From Acidimicrobiia bacterium (lineage in GTDB: Bacteria > Actinomycetota > Acidimicrobiia > Acidimicrobiales > Aldehydirespiratoraceae), in NCBI GenBank assembly GCA_022821685.1, contig JAJEDD010000027.1, positions 1,403 to 65,402 on the forward strand: a stretch of DNA of 64,000 nt, read 5' to 3'. The notes below the pieces were generated by a model. The model was not told the DNA's origin. It saw only the letters and a program-made list of their open reading frames with translations, and ran no database searches. Each line of letters begins with the position of its first letter. The stretch's first letter is position 1. A program made the position numbers and the translations under genes. Below, piece after piece: positions 52,642-61,544 of the stretch.

Positions 52642-53541
52642 CTACTGGGCGGCGGCGATCACCGACCCGGCCACCAGCAGCGCCGAGAGCACCACGCCCA
52701 GCGACACCGTTGCCCACCTCGGCGCGTTGCGGCGCTCCAATGCCAGCATCAGCGCGCCCATGACCGCGCCGGCGATGAGCCCGCCGAAGTGGCCGCCTAT
52801 CGACACCCGCGGGACCAGCAGAGTGAAGACGAGGTTGATCATCAGCAGCGGAGCCAGCGGCGAGCGCCAGATGCTGCCGCCGACGGCCCGTTGAACCAGC
52901 ACGGTGGCGCCCATCAGGCCGAACACGGCCCCCGAGGCCCCCACCGTGGGCGAACTCGGCGACACCAACAGCACTCCGAACGCACCGCCGAGCAGCGACA
53001 CTGCGAACAGCGACAGGAAGCGGGCCCGACCGAACCCGGCCTCGAGAATTTGGCCGAGGATCCACAGCACGTACATGTTGAAGGCCAGATGGAAGATGCC
53101 GTCATGGAGGAAGGCGGAGGTGACCAGCCGGTAGTACTCGCCGGTGTCCACGCCGATCAGGCGGAGCTCGAAGCCGTCGAAGAGCCGGGCCCGGGCGAAC
53201 AGGCCACCGTCGATGAGCAGCCCCTCGTTAAGCCGGGTGATGCCCCGGGCCGAGCCGCTGAGCACGATCGAGTACAGGAAGGCCAGCCCGTTGAGCCCCA
53301 GCAGGACCTGAGTGACTATCGGGCGCGAGGGGCCTGCAGCCATCAGGGGCCGAGCGGTGATCGAGGGTGCGCCACGCGGCGCCGCGCACTCCGGGCAATG
53401 GAAGCCGACCGACGCCTGATGCATGCAGTCCGGGCAGATCAGGCGGTCGCAGCGCTGGCAGCTCACTCCGCCCCGCCGGTCGGGATGCCGATAGCAGCGG
53501 CGCTCGGGGAGCCGGGGAACCACCTCCGGCGTGTCGCTCAC
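52642..53541 (-). CDS. rhomboid-family intramembrane serine protease with an N-terminal zinc ribbon
   Basis: CYRHP...CQRCDRLICPDC...CPEC, then HLAFNM and GASGAVFGLMGA (catalytic Ser), with a later His in GGHFGGLIAG. Confidence 0.85.
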   Translation of the reverse strand: MSDTPEVVPRLPERRCYRHPDRRGGVSCQRCDRLICPDCMHQASVGFHCPECAAPRGAPSITARPLMAAGPSRPIVTQVLLGLNGLAFLYSIVLSGSARGITRLNEGLLIDGGLFARARLFDGFELRLIGVDTGEYYRLVTSAFLHDGIFHLAFNMYVLWILGQILEAGFGRARFLSLFAVSLLGGAFGVLLVSPSSPTVGASGAVFGLMGATVLVQRAVGGSIWRSPLAPLLMINLVFTLLVPRVSIGGHFGGLIAGAVMGALMLALERRNAPRWATVSLGVVLSALLVAGSVIAAAQ

Positions 53542-53585
53542 GGCCCGGTCTTCGCTCGCTCTTCGCTCGCCTGTTCGCTCGACCG

Positions 53586-53897
53586 CTAGAGCGAGACGAA
53601 GGCCTCGCTCATGCCCAGGGCGTTGACCTCGACCACCTCGGTCACGCCGGGCACGCGGTCGCGCATGATCCGCTCGATGCCCGCTTTGAGGGTCTGGGTG
53701 GACGCCGGGCAGGTGACGCAGGCGCCGTGGAGCTCGACGGTGACGACCCCGGTGGCCTCGTCGACCTCGACCAGGTCGATGTCTCCCTCGTCAGCCTGAA
53801 TGGCGGGCCGGATGATCTTGATGATCTTCTCCACTTCGGCCCGCACGGCCCCAGTCTCGCAGCACCCGCCCCCAACTCCGACCCGCTGGCCCGCCAC
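53586..53897 (-). CDS. NifU C-terminal (Nfu-type) Fe-S scaffold domain protein
   Basis: IRPAIQADEGDIDLVEVDEATGVVTVELHGACVTCPAS. The start codon is uncertain. Confidence 0.75.
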   Translation of the reverse strand: MAGQRVGVGGGCCETGAVRAEVEKIIKIIRPAIQADEGDIDLVEVDEATGVVTVELHGACVTCPASTQTLKAGIERIMRDRVPGVTEVVEVNALGMSEAFVSL

Positions 53898-54021
53898 CGC
53901 TACTCCTGAAAGACACTGGAAATGATGTTTGAACCTATTTCATAGTTGACTAGCTTCGGCCGCGCACATGACGGCGGATCACGTGCGACGGGTTCGAGAG
54001 GTGCTGACGGAGATCAGCTAG

Positions 54022-54687
54022 ATGCCCGAATCGACTTCACTGCTGCAGGAACCGCTCTATCGGATTGCGGACGTGGACCGCCTGCTGGGAACCCCGAGAG
54101 GCACCGCGCGCGGCTGGATAGACGGCTGCCGCCGAGGGCGCCGCAGCCCTGTGATCCGTAACGAGCGGACCGGATCAGACAGGGTGACGTGGGGCGAGTT
54201 CGTCGAGGCTCGCATGATCGCCGAGTACCAGGACCGCGGGGACGTCGTGTTCGGACTCAGGCCCGTGATCGCCGCCCTGCGTGAGACGTTCCGCGAGCCC
54301 TATCCGCTCGCCATCGCCCGTCCCTTCCTCGACGCCGAGGGCCGGAAGGCGGTTCTGGACGTTCAACGCGGCCTCAACCTGGATTCCGGCCTCTGCCTTG
54401 TGGTACCCAACGGCCGAACCGTTGTTCTCTCGCCTGAGGTGGCGCAATTCACGGACGTCGCCAGATTCGGCGCCGCCGGTGTCGTCAAGCGGATCGTGCT
54501 CGAAGGGGCCATCGTCGCCGACCCGGAGTACTCCGCGGGTCGGCCAACGATTGCGGGGCGCCGCCTTCGGGCCGACGTCATCGCGGAAGCCGTGGCCGCA
54601 GGCGAGCGCCGGAGCGAAGTCGCAAGGATGTGGGACATCTCCCCCGCGGCCGTCGACGATGCCGTCCGCTTCTTGAGCCTTGCGTGA
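54022..54687 (+). CDS. DUF433-domain protein (antitoxin-like) with an N-terminal HTH-like region
   Basis: The C-terminal ADPEYSAGRPTIAGRRLRADVIAEAVAAGERRSEVARMWDISPAAVDDAVRF matches the DUF433 pattern (DP....G.P.I.GTR). Confidence 0.6.
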   Translation: MPESTSLLQEPLYRIADVDRLLGTPRGTARGWIDGCRRGRRSPVIRNERTGSDRVTWGEFVEARMIAEYQDRGDVVFGLRPVIAALRETFREPYPLAIARPFLDAEGRKAVLDVQRGLNLDSGLCLVVPNGRTVVLSPEVAQFTDVARFGAAGVVKRIVLEGAIVADPEYSAGRPTIAGRRLRADVIAEAVAAGERRSEVARMWDISPAAVDDAVRFLSLA

Positions 54688-54841
54688 GATCTGGGGCATC
54701 TTCGTAGACGAGAACCTCCTACCCGTCGGCCGCGCCCTCGATGAAGCAGGAACCGCGCTCTATCCCGGCCACCCCGCCATTCCCGAGCTGCCCAGAGGAA
54801 CGGTGGACACGGCGATCTTCGCTATGCGGCCATTTGGATGA
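54680..54841 (+). pseudogene. truncated DUF5615 (Mut7-C/PIN-like toxin) N-terminal fragment, 53 codons
   Basis: My translation from TTG 54680 reads MREIWGIFVDENLLPVGRALDEAGTALYPGHP...*. FVDENL is the family N-terminal signature, but full-length members are about twice as long. It overlaps the DUF433 stop and the convergent ASCH 3' end. Confidence 0.35.
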
Positions 54842-55322
54842 GCCGGTCGCCGGTCCTGGAGTCGACGTAGGAGAAGCTCTGGGGCGGGCGGAAGCCTCTC
54901 GGCTCTGCTCGCAGATCTTGGAGCGTGACCAGCTGCGTGAAGGCTCGCGGCTGGACCAGCGTAAGGGCGGTGCCCACGTCTGCGCCCTCGAAGTACTCGT
55001 GGAACTCGTGGTAGGTCAGCCCTGCCCCGGAGCCGTGCTCTCGCCACAGGGTCGCGAGAGCCAAGGACTGGACGCTGGTGATGATGCAGGTGCCGAGGAG
55101 CGCCCGCACCGGGGAGGCCGCATACAGGAGCGCCCGTGTCGGGACCACGATCTTCGGTTCGGTGCGTCGCAGCTCGACGGTCTTGACGCCCGCGAGGATG
55201 GCTTCTGCGAATCTCGGCTTGAGCGACAGCACAACCATCCGGTCTGGATCGAGTCCGGACATTTCAACCGTCATTGCTTCCCACCCCCTCTTCGCGGAAT
55301 CGACGGACTGCTTCCTCATCAA
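54822..55322 (-). CDS. ASCH (PUA-like) domain protein
   Basis: VVLSLKPRFAEAILAGVKTVELRRTEP fits the ASCH N-terminal pattern. An alternative start is ATG 55274. Confidence 0.6.
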   Translation of the reverse strand: MMRKQSVDSAKRGWEAMTVEMSGLDPDRMVVLSLKPRFAEAILAGVKTVELRRTEPKIVVPTRALLYAASPVRALLGTCIITSVQSLALATLWREHGSGAGLTYHEFHEYFEGADVGTALTLVQPRAFTQLVTLQDLRAEPRGFRPPQSFSYVDSRTGDRLIQMAA

Positions 55323-55387
55323 TCTGCTGGATCTCTTGGAAGAATCCTGCCTTGTTCATGCTGTCGGCCCGTGCCTGGCTCGGCCTG

Positions 55388-56770
55388 CTAGGCGAGGGCG
55401 AACAGGCGGCTGGAACTGCTGCCAGCGGGCTGGGCCGGTCGGCCATCGTCGACCTCCTTGGCGAAGTCGTCACGGGGACGGCCGGAGCTTCCGACAGGTT
55501 GGCGGTATTCGGCGATCCGGTGGCCGGCCGGGGCCGGGTCGCGGGCACGTGCCGGACCGTAGGCAACCCGATCGTCGGGGGGCCGCAGGATGTGCTCCCC
55601 GTTGTGGGAGTGGATCTTCCAGCGGTGGTGATGGATCCGGTTGTGGCAGTCCCAGCAGACCGGGACCATGTTGTCGAGGCGGGTGGATCCGCCCTGGGAA
55701 ACGGGCTTGATGTGGTGGATCTGGCACAGCGCCGGGTGCGCCGCGCAGTGGAAGCAGCCGCCGTAGCGGGCGAAGAGAATCTGGCGCTGAGCCTTGGTGG
55801 CGGTGCGCACCGAGTGGGTCCGCCAGATGGGGTTGCCCTCCCGGTCGTAGACAAGGCCGGTGAACTTCGCGTTGCAGGCAAACTGCTCAAGAACGTCGGA
55901 CGGCAGCCGTGCACCGTCGGCGAGTTCGGCGACGAACTCGCCGGTGCGGTCGTCGACTTGCGCTACCACGCAGATGTCGGCGAAGGGCATGCCGTTAGCA
56001 GCGGCCTCGCCGGGGGTGGAGGTGAGGCTTTCCAGCGCGTCGGCCATGCACTGGTCGAAGGTGCGCCGCTGGTCGCGGTTGCCATTGGCGGCACCCTTCT
56101 TGTCGCAATCGTGCATGCGGCGGGCCTCAGCTTCGAGCCGGTTGTGGATGCGCTTGCCGGTGACGGCATCGAGTTCGCCGTAGAGGTGCACCATTCCGTC
56201 GTCGCCGTCCCACATTCGCAGGCGGCGCCTCGATCGCTGGCGAGCGTGGTCGGCCGCCCCGCCGTCGCCCTGGCGGTCGGTTGCCCACCGGCGGGCCTCC
56301 TTGGCGAACTGCTCGGGCCGCATCGTTTCGGCTTTGGCCAGCAATTCGCGATCTGATTCGACATCTGCGGCGCTGGTCTTGTCGACGGCCTCGGCTAGGC
56401 GCTTGGCGTTGGCCGTCGACACCCGACCGTCAGCCACCGCATCGCGAAGCCTCTTGGTCTTGCTCAACGCCTCGGCTGTCTTGACCTGGCTGCGGGCCTC
56501 GTGCCTTGACAGACCCGCGCTGGCGGCTAGCACTTCCGCACCGCCGTCACCGTGACGCTCACGGCCTGCCACCGCAGCCGCAGCCGAGACCTGGAACGCA
56601 GTGTTCACGCCAGCGATGATCTTCGAGATCTCCAGTCCCTCAAGCAGTTCCGGGCACGAAGCCGCCCCTTCATCGGCGCAGGCCAGCATCTCCTTCACGG
56701 CGGCCTCGGCCCGTCGAGCGGCTTCGATCAGCATGGATACATCATCCCACAGAGGTGTGACATCTATCAA
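55388..56770 (-). CDS. DUF222 + HNH endonuclease (actinobacterial 13E12-type)
   Basis: A long helical DUF222-like N-terminus is followed by the HNH core CQIHHIKPVSQGGSTRLDNMVPVCWDCHNRIHH. Confidence 0.85.
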   Translation of the reverse strand: MIDVTPLWDDVSMLIEAARRAEAAVKEMLACADEGAASCPELLEGLEISKIIAGVNTAFQVSAAAAVAGRERHGDGGAEVLAASAGLSRHEARSQVKTAEALSKTKRLRDAVADGRVSTANAKRLAEAVDKTSAADVESDRELLAKAETMRPEQFAKEARRWATDRQGDGGAADHARQRSRRRLRMWDGDDGMVHLYGELDAVTGKRIHNRLEAEARRMHDCDKKGAANGNRDQRRTFDQCMADALESLTSTPGEAAANGMPFADICVVAQVDDRTGEFVAELADGARLPSDVLEQFACNAKFTGLVYDREGNPIWRTHSVRTATKAQRQILFARYGGCFHCAAHPALCQIHHIKPVSQGGSTRLDNMVPVCWDCHNRIHHHRWKIHSHNGEHILRPPDDRVAYGPARARDPAPAGHRIAEYRQPVGSSGRPRDDFAKEVDDGRPAQPAGSSSSRLFALA

Positions 56771-56828
56771 GCATTTACATCAGATGCTCTGCTATTTCTT
56801 AGCTCGGCCTATCATGTCAGGACGGGAC

Positions 56829-58460
56829 CTAGAGCGACAAGTCGATTCCGGCATGGAAGGCGAGGTCATACAGCAGGCGTTCGGCATCTTGGAGCATTGT
56901 GGCGACTTCTTGGATGGGGTCGGGGTTGACGTTCTCGTCCGCTAGGACTTGCCGGTAGTCCGAGCCCTTGCGGTGTGCGGTGACCTTGCTGCGGAGGCGT
57001 TGAAGCCGTTTCAGGAACACTGTGTCGCGCTCAGCCCACGGGTACTGCTCCTGGAGCATCCAGCGCTGCAACTTGGCGATGCCCTTGTCGCCGGGCTGCC
57101 CGTCGGGGAGCCGCTCCTGAATCTCCTTCTCGTTGAGGGCGTCGACCAATAGCTTGGCTAGGCCCATGACTTGGCTCTCGAACTCAGGCTGGCTGCCATC
57201 GAGTGGGATACGGAGCCGTTGAAGGACATGGGCGTCCTCGGGCTCTGGTTCTCTGAAGAGCGCCCATCCGAATTGCTCCCGCCACTTGCTGTTGAACCGT
57301 CTGTAGGCCGACTTGAACCGCAGGTCCGGCGCCTGCGAGGTGGTCCACTGACCCAAGAAGGACCGTCTGATCAGCGTGCTGCTCGGCCCTCGCGTCGGGA
57401 CGACGTTGAAGGTCTGCCAATGGGGCCGCTCCGACTCGGGGAGGTCTCGCCCCAGGTCTCCCAGGAAGACCATCACTTGATCGCGAAGGTCGAGGTCGAG
57501 ACGGATCCCCCATAGGCCGCCACACGACAGGCTGCTGCCCTCTATGGAGTATCTCTCGGGCTCCTCGTAGTAGCGCTTCAGCACCGCCCGACGGAAGAAG
57601 ACCGGGGTCAGGTGGTGGGGGGCTTCGGGGTTCTTGCCGAAGTAGCTGCCCAACTGCTTCGGGTCGCAGGTGTGCTTGATGGGCTCGCCGTCGGTGTCCT
57701 CATCGATTATGAACTCCTGGTAGGTCTCGTCCCGGCGCTCGAACGGCCAGACGCCGGCCTTCTCCTGAGGAGGCGCAGGGACCACCTTCGTGCCATCCAG
57801 CATCGAACAGGGCCGCTGCCTGTCGTACCTGACGTCCGCGACATGGACGCTGACACTCACGTCGTCCCGGTCGTTGACTGAGACGATCTCACCCATCGGG
57901 GCCACCTCGTCGGGGTCGTCAACGTATTGGTAGGAGCTGATGCGGAGCACCAGATCCAGTTGCTTGGCGGCCTGGAACTGTCGCAGCAGCGGGGTGCGAA
58001 CCCGCACACTCTCAGTACCGATCTCCGCGGCCAGTTCATCGAAGCCATCATCGCGGACCTTGAAGAACGCCGTCCCGGTCTCGTCGCTCCACAGGTTGTG
58101 GTACAGCCGGAACTCCTCGCTGAGTTGCGGCCGCATCGGTGGGCGCACCCCGTAGTGATCCTGGTGTATGACCAGAGGCTCGAAGCCCTTGTCGTCACCG
58201 TATCTCTCATACTGGGTCCGCTCACCGGCGCCGAAGCCCGTCTGGGAGAAGCCCGGAGCCCCGAAGTCGATGCGGGGCAGCCGGTTGATGTCAGCGAGGA
58301 TGGCTCGCCTCAAGCTCGGTGGAGCGAGCATGCTCCACCGCAACACATCCAGATCGCCGTCCTTGGAGGACTCGTAGAGCACTGTCCACGGGCCACCCCC
58401 AGCGCTGTCAAATGCTCGCCGCACGGCACGCTGCTCAAGGACGCTTTGCGCATCGCTCAT
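56829..58460 (-). CDS. hypothetical 543-aa protein, no recognisable domain
   Basis: ORF 56829..58577 trimmed to ATG 58460, with RBS aaggag 8 nt upstream. The composition is globular and non-biased. It is divergent from hsdM. Confidence 0.7.
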   Translation of the reverse strand: MSDAQSVLEQRAVRRAFDSAGGGPWTVLYESSKDGDLDVLRWSMLAPPSLRRAILADINRLPRIDFGAPGFSQTGFGAGERTQYERYGDDKGFEPLVIHQDHYGVRPPMRPQLSEEFRLYHNLWSDETGTAFFKVRDDGFDELAAEIGTESVRVRTPLLRQFQAAKQLDLVLRISSYQYVDDPDEVAPMGEIVSVNDRDDVSVSVHVADVRYDRQRPCSMLDGTKVVPAPPQEKAGVWPFERRDETYQEFIIDEDTDGEPIKHTCDPKQLGSYFGKNPEAPHHLTPVFFRRAVLKRYYEEPERYSIEGSSLSCGGLWGIRLDLDLRDQVMVFLGDLGRDLPESERPHWQTFNVVPTRGPSSTLIRRSFLGQWTTSQAPDLRFKSAYRRFNSKWREQFGWALFREPEPEDAHVLQRLRIPLDGSQPEFESQVMGLAKLLVDALNEKEIQERLPDGQPGDKGIAKLQRWMLQEQYPWAERDTVFLKRLQRLRSKVTAHRKGSDYRQVLADENVNPDPIQEVATMLQDAERLLYDLAFHAGIDLSL

Positions 58461-58783
58461 GAGGATCGTTCTCCTTGCGGTCAGGGGGGTACCATGCGCC
58501 AACCTAACGAAGCAGTAGGACATCTGAGGGGCGCAGTCGGGGCACGGCCGCTGCCAGCCTCTGCGTCTCAGCGGCAACCTGCTCTGAGCGCCGATTGAGC
58601 GTACGTCACCCCAGCCCGTAACGGCACACGAGGTAGGCGCTCAACGCGGCTTGGTTCTCGGGTCGCCATGCCTCCAAGCGTCTTGCCTCCCCATGACATC
58701 CGGTTCTCCGGGTGTTCCACGATCAATCCGGTGGGTCGCCAGGGGCGGAGGGTCTCTTGGCAGTTGCCGAAGGCTGGGACACA

Positions 58784-60358
58784 ATGGAGCGGCTACGGGA
58801 AGGAGAGGGCGTGGCGACTGATCTCGGCGAACTGCAGAGCAAGCTCTGGGAGGCGGCGGACCAGCTTCGGGCCAACTCCGGGCTGAAGGCATCGGAGTAC
58901 GCCTCGCCGGTGCTGGGGCTCATCTTCTTGAGGTATGCCGACGAGCGGTTCGCCCAGGCGTCGCAGTTGGTGGGTCCGGGGTCTGCTCGCCGGCCGACCG
59001 GGCCGGAGGACTACCAGGCCATCGGAGCGCTGTACCTGCCGGAGGAGTCCCGGTTCGAGGGGCTGCTCGACCTGCCGGAGGGCGCCGACATTGGCAAGGC
59101 CATCAACCAGGCCATGGGCGGCATCGAGGTCTACAACCCCGACCTTCAAGGAGTCCTGCCGAAGGACTACTCCCGCATCCCCGACGACATCCTCGCAGAG
59201 CTGCTGCGACTCCTGAGGGCACTGCCGGAGGCGATCGAGGGCGACGGGTTCGGCCTGATCTACGAGTACTTCCTCGGCAAGTTCGCCTTCTCAGAGGGCC
59301 AGAAGGGCGGCGAGTTCTTCACTCCCACGTCGATCGTGCGGCTCATCGTGGAGATCCTCGAACCCTTCCACGGCAAGATCTACGACCCTGCTTGCGGCTC
59401 CGGCGGCATGTTCGTGCAGTCGGCGCATTTCGTTGAGCGCCACCGCCGCGACCCCGGCCAGGAGCTGTCGATCTATGGCCAGGAGAAGACCGGCGACACC
59501 GTCCGTCTCGCCAAGATGAACCTCGCCGTGCACGGGCTCGGCGGCGACATCCGAGAGGGCAACACCTATTACGAGGACCTCCACGACTCGGTCGGCAAGT
59601 TCGACTTCGTTATGGCCAATCCGCCCTTCAACGTCAACAAGATCGACAAGACGAAACTCGAGGACGACCCCCGGTTCCTGTTCGGCCTGCCGAAGCCCGA
59701 CAACGGCAACTACCTCTGGATCCAGACCTTCTACTCCGCTCTCAACGACACCGGAAGGGCGGGGTTCGTCATGGCCAACTCCACCTCCGACGCGCGAGGC
59801 AGCGAACTCGACATCCGTCGCAAACTCATCGAGGACCGCAGCGTCGACGTGATCATCGCCACCGGCACAAACATGTTCTACACCGTCACCCTCCCCGTGA
59901 CGCTCTGGTTCCTCGACCGCGGCAAGAAGCACACAGACCGAGCCGACCAGATCCTGTTCATCGACGCCCGCGAGATCTACAACCAGATCGACCGAGCGCA
60001 CCGTGACTGGACCCCTCAACAAGTCGAATTCCTCGCCAATATCGTCCGCCTCTGGCGGAGCGAGGAGCCTGAGTTCAACACCGGCAGCGGGGAAATGGTG
60101 CGGACGACGTTTCCCGATCTGACATACTCCGATGTGGCTGGCATTTGTGCTGCTGCGACGACCGCGCAAGTCAAGGAGCAAGGCTGGAGCCTCAATCCGG
60201 GGCGGTATGTCGATATTGCCCCTACCCGACTCGACGAAGCCACATTCGTCGCGACATTCACGGACCTGCATCGTGAGTTCGTCGAGCTCAGTGGTGCTGC
60301 CTATGTACTGTCAGGTCAGGTATCCAAGATCGGTCAGGCGATCACCGAGGATGGTTGA
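58784..60358 (+). CDS. hsdM: type I restriction-modification system methyltransferase subunit
   Basis: Trimmed to ATG 58784. It has the N-terminal HsdM_N pattern LWEAADQLRANSGLKASEYASPVLGLIFLRY, motif I YDPACGSGGMF and motif IV VMANPPFN. Confidence 0.95.
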   Translation: MERLREGEGVATDLGELQSKLWEAADQLRANSGLKASEYASPVLGLIFLRYADERFAQASQLVGPGSARRPTGPEDYQAIGALYLPEESRFEGLLDLPEGADIGKAINQAMGGIEVYNPDLQGVLPKDYSRIPDDILAELLRLLRALPEAIEGDGFGLIYEYFLGKFAFSEGQKGGEFFTPTSIVRLIVEILEPFHGKIYDPACGSGGMFVQSAHFVERHRRDPGQELSIYGQEKTGDTVRLAKMNLAVHGLGGDIREGNTYYEDLHDSVGKFDFVMANPPFNVNKIDKTKLEDDPRFLFGLPKPDNGNYLWIQTFYSALNDTGRAGFVMANSTSDARGSELDIRRKLIEDRSVDVIIATGTNMFYTVTLPVTLWFLDRGKKHTDRADQILFIDAREIYNQIDRAHRDWTPQQVEFLANIVRLWRSEEPEFNTGSGEMVRTTFPDLTYSDVAGICAAATTAQVKEQGWSLNPGRYVDIAPTRLDEATFVATFTDLHREFVELSGAAYVLSGQVSKIGQAITEDG

Positions 60359-61544
60359 CGCGTATCACTGGCCGTGGGTCAAACTCGGGGAGGTACTGAC
60401 CTTCTGGGGAAGTGGGGCCACACCCCGCGGAGGAAAGAACTCCTACAAGGCCTCTGGCATCCCCCTAGTGCGCTCCATGAACGTCCACGATCTACGTTTT
60501 GAGAGGTCCGCTCTCGCCTTCATTGACGAGGAGCAGGCGAGGGAGTTGGATCGCGTCGAGATCAGGAAGAACGATGTTCTGCTCAACATCACCGGGGCAT
60601 CCGTTGCGAGGTGTTGCCTTGCGGGGGCTTCAGCCGTAGGTGGACGGGTGAATCAGCATGTAATGATCCTGCGTGCGGACCCATCCGTGGCTGATGCACG
60701 ATGGCTTGCACTGGCACTCGCGGGGCCCTGCAAAGGCAGGCTGTTGGCCATCGCAGGCTCAGGCGCCACGCGGGAGGCGCTCACAAGATCTGATGTCGCA
60801 GACTTCGCGATCTCTCTGCCATCGATCGGCTACCAGCATCAGATCTCGGAGGTCCTGGATTCCTACGACCGACTTCTTGAGAACAATCGGCGGCGGATTG
60901 AGATTCTGGAGGAGATGGCACGGTTGTTGTATCGGGAGTGGTTCGTGCACTTCCGGTTCCCGGGGCATGAGAACGTCGAACTACTCGACTCCGACCTCGG
61001 CCCAATGCCTGAGGGGTGGACGGACCGTCGGCTGGGTGAATTCCTGGAACTCTCATACGGCAAGGCTCTGAAGTCCGATGACCGAAAGGACGGGCCCAAT
61101 GCCGTCTATGGCTCGGGAGGGCAAGTTGGCTGGCACGACAGAGCCCTCGTGTCAGGCCCCGGGATCGTGGTTGGGCGAAAGGGCAACGTCGGCTCTGTCT
61201 ATTGGTCCGATCGTGACTTCTTCCCAATTGACACCACCTACTACGTTGAATCGGCCCTGCCGCTCCGGTTCCTCGACCAGTTGCTGCGGACGCTCAAGTT
61301 CATCGACTCACATGCTGCCGTACCTGGGCTCTCTCGCGATCAGGCGTACGGGCTAGTTGTTGCCGAGCCGACCAGCGACCTGATGTCGCAATACGACACT
61401 GCTGTACGACCAATGTATAGCTTGCGGCAAGTCCTCTTAGACCAGGCCGCCATCTTGCGAAAGGCCCGGGATCTACTGCTGCCTCGATTGGTCTCTGGTG
61501 AGTTGGAGGTGTCGGAACTTGACTCGGACTTGGTGGCGGTGTGA
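60351..61544 (+). CDS. hsdS: type I restriction-modification system specificity subunit
   Basis: Trimmed to ATG 60351 (8-nt overlap with hsdM). Two TRDs are separated by the conserved helix ...LLENNRRRIEILEEMARLLYREWFVHFRFPG... and closed by ...ILRKARDLLLPRLVSGELEV. Confidence 0.9.
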   Translation: MVDAYHWPWVKLGEVLTFWGSGATPRGGKNSYKASGIPLVRSMNVHDLRFERSALAFIDEEQARELDRVEIRKNDVLLNITGASVARCCLAGASAVGGRVNQHVMILRADPSVADARWLALALAGPCKGRLLAIAGSGATREALTRSDVADFAISLPSIGYQHQISEVLDSYDRLLENNRRRIEILEEMARLLYREWFVHFRFPGHENVELLDSDLGPMPEGWTDRRLGEFLELSYGKALKSDDRKDGPNAVYGSGGQVGWHDRALVSGPGIVVGRKGNVGSVYWSDRDFFPIDTTYYVESALPLRFLDQLLRTLKFIDSHAAVPGLSRDQAYGLVVAEPTSDLMSQYDTAVRPMYSLRQVLLDQAAILRKARDLLLPRLVSGELEVSELDSDLVAV

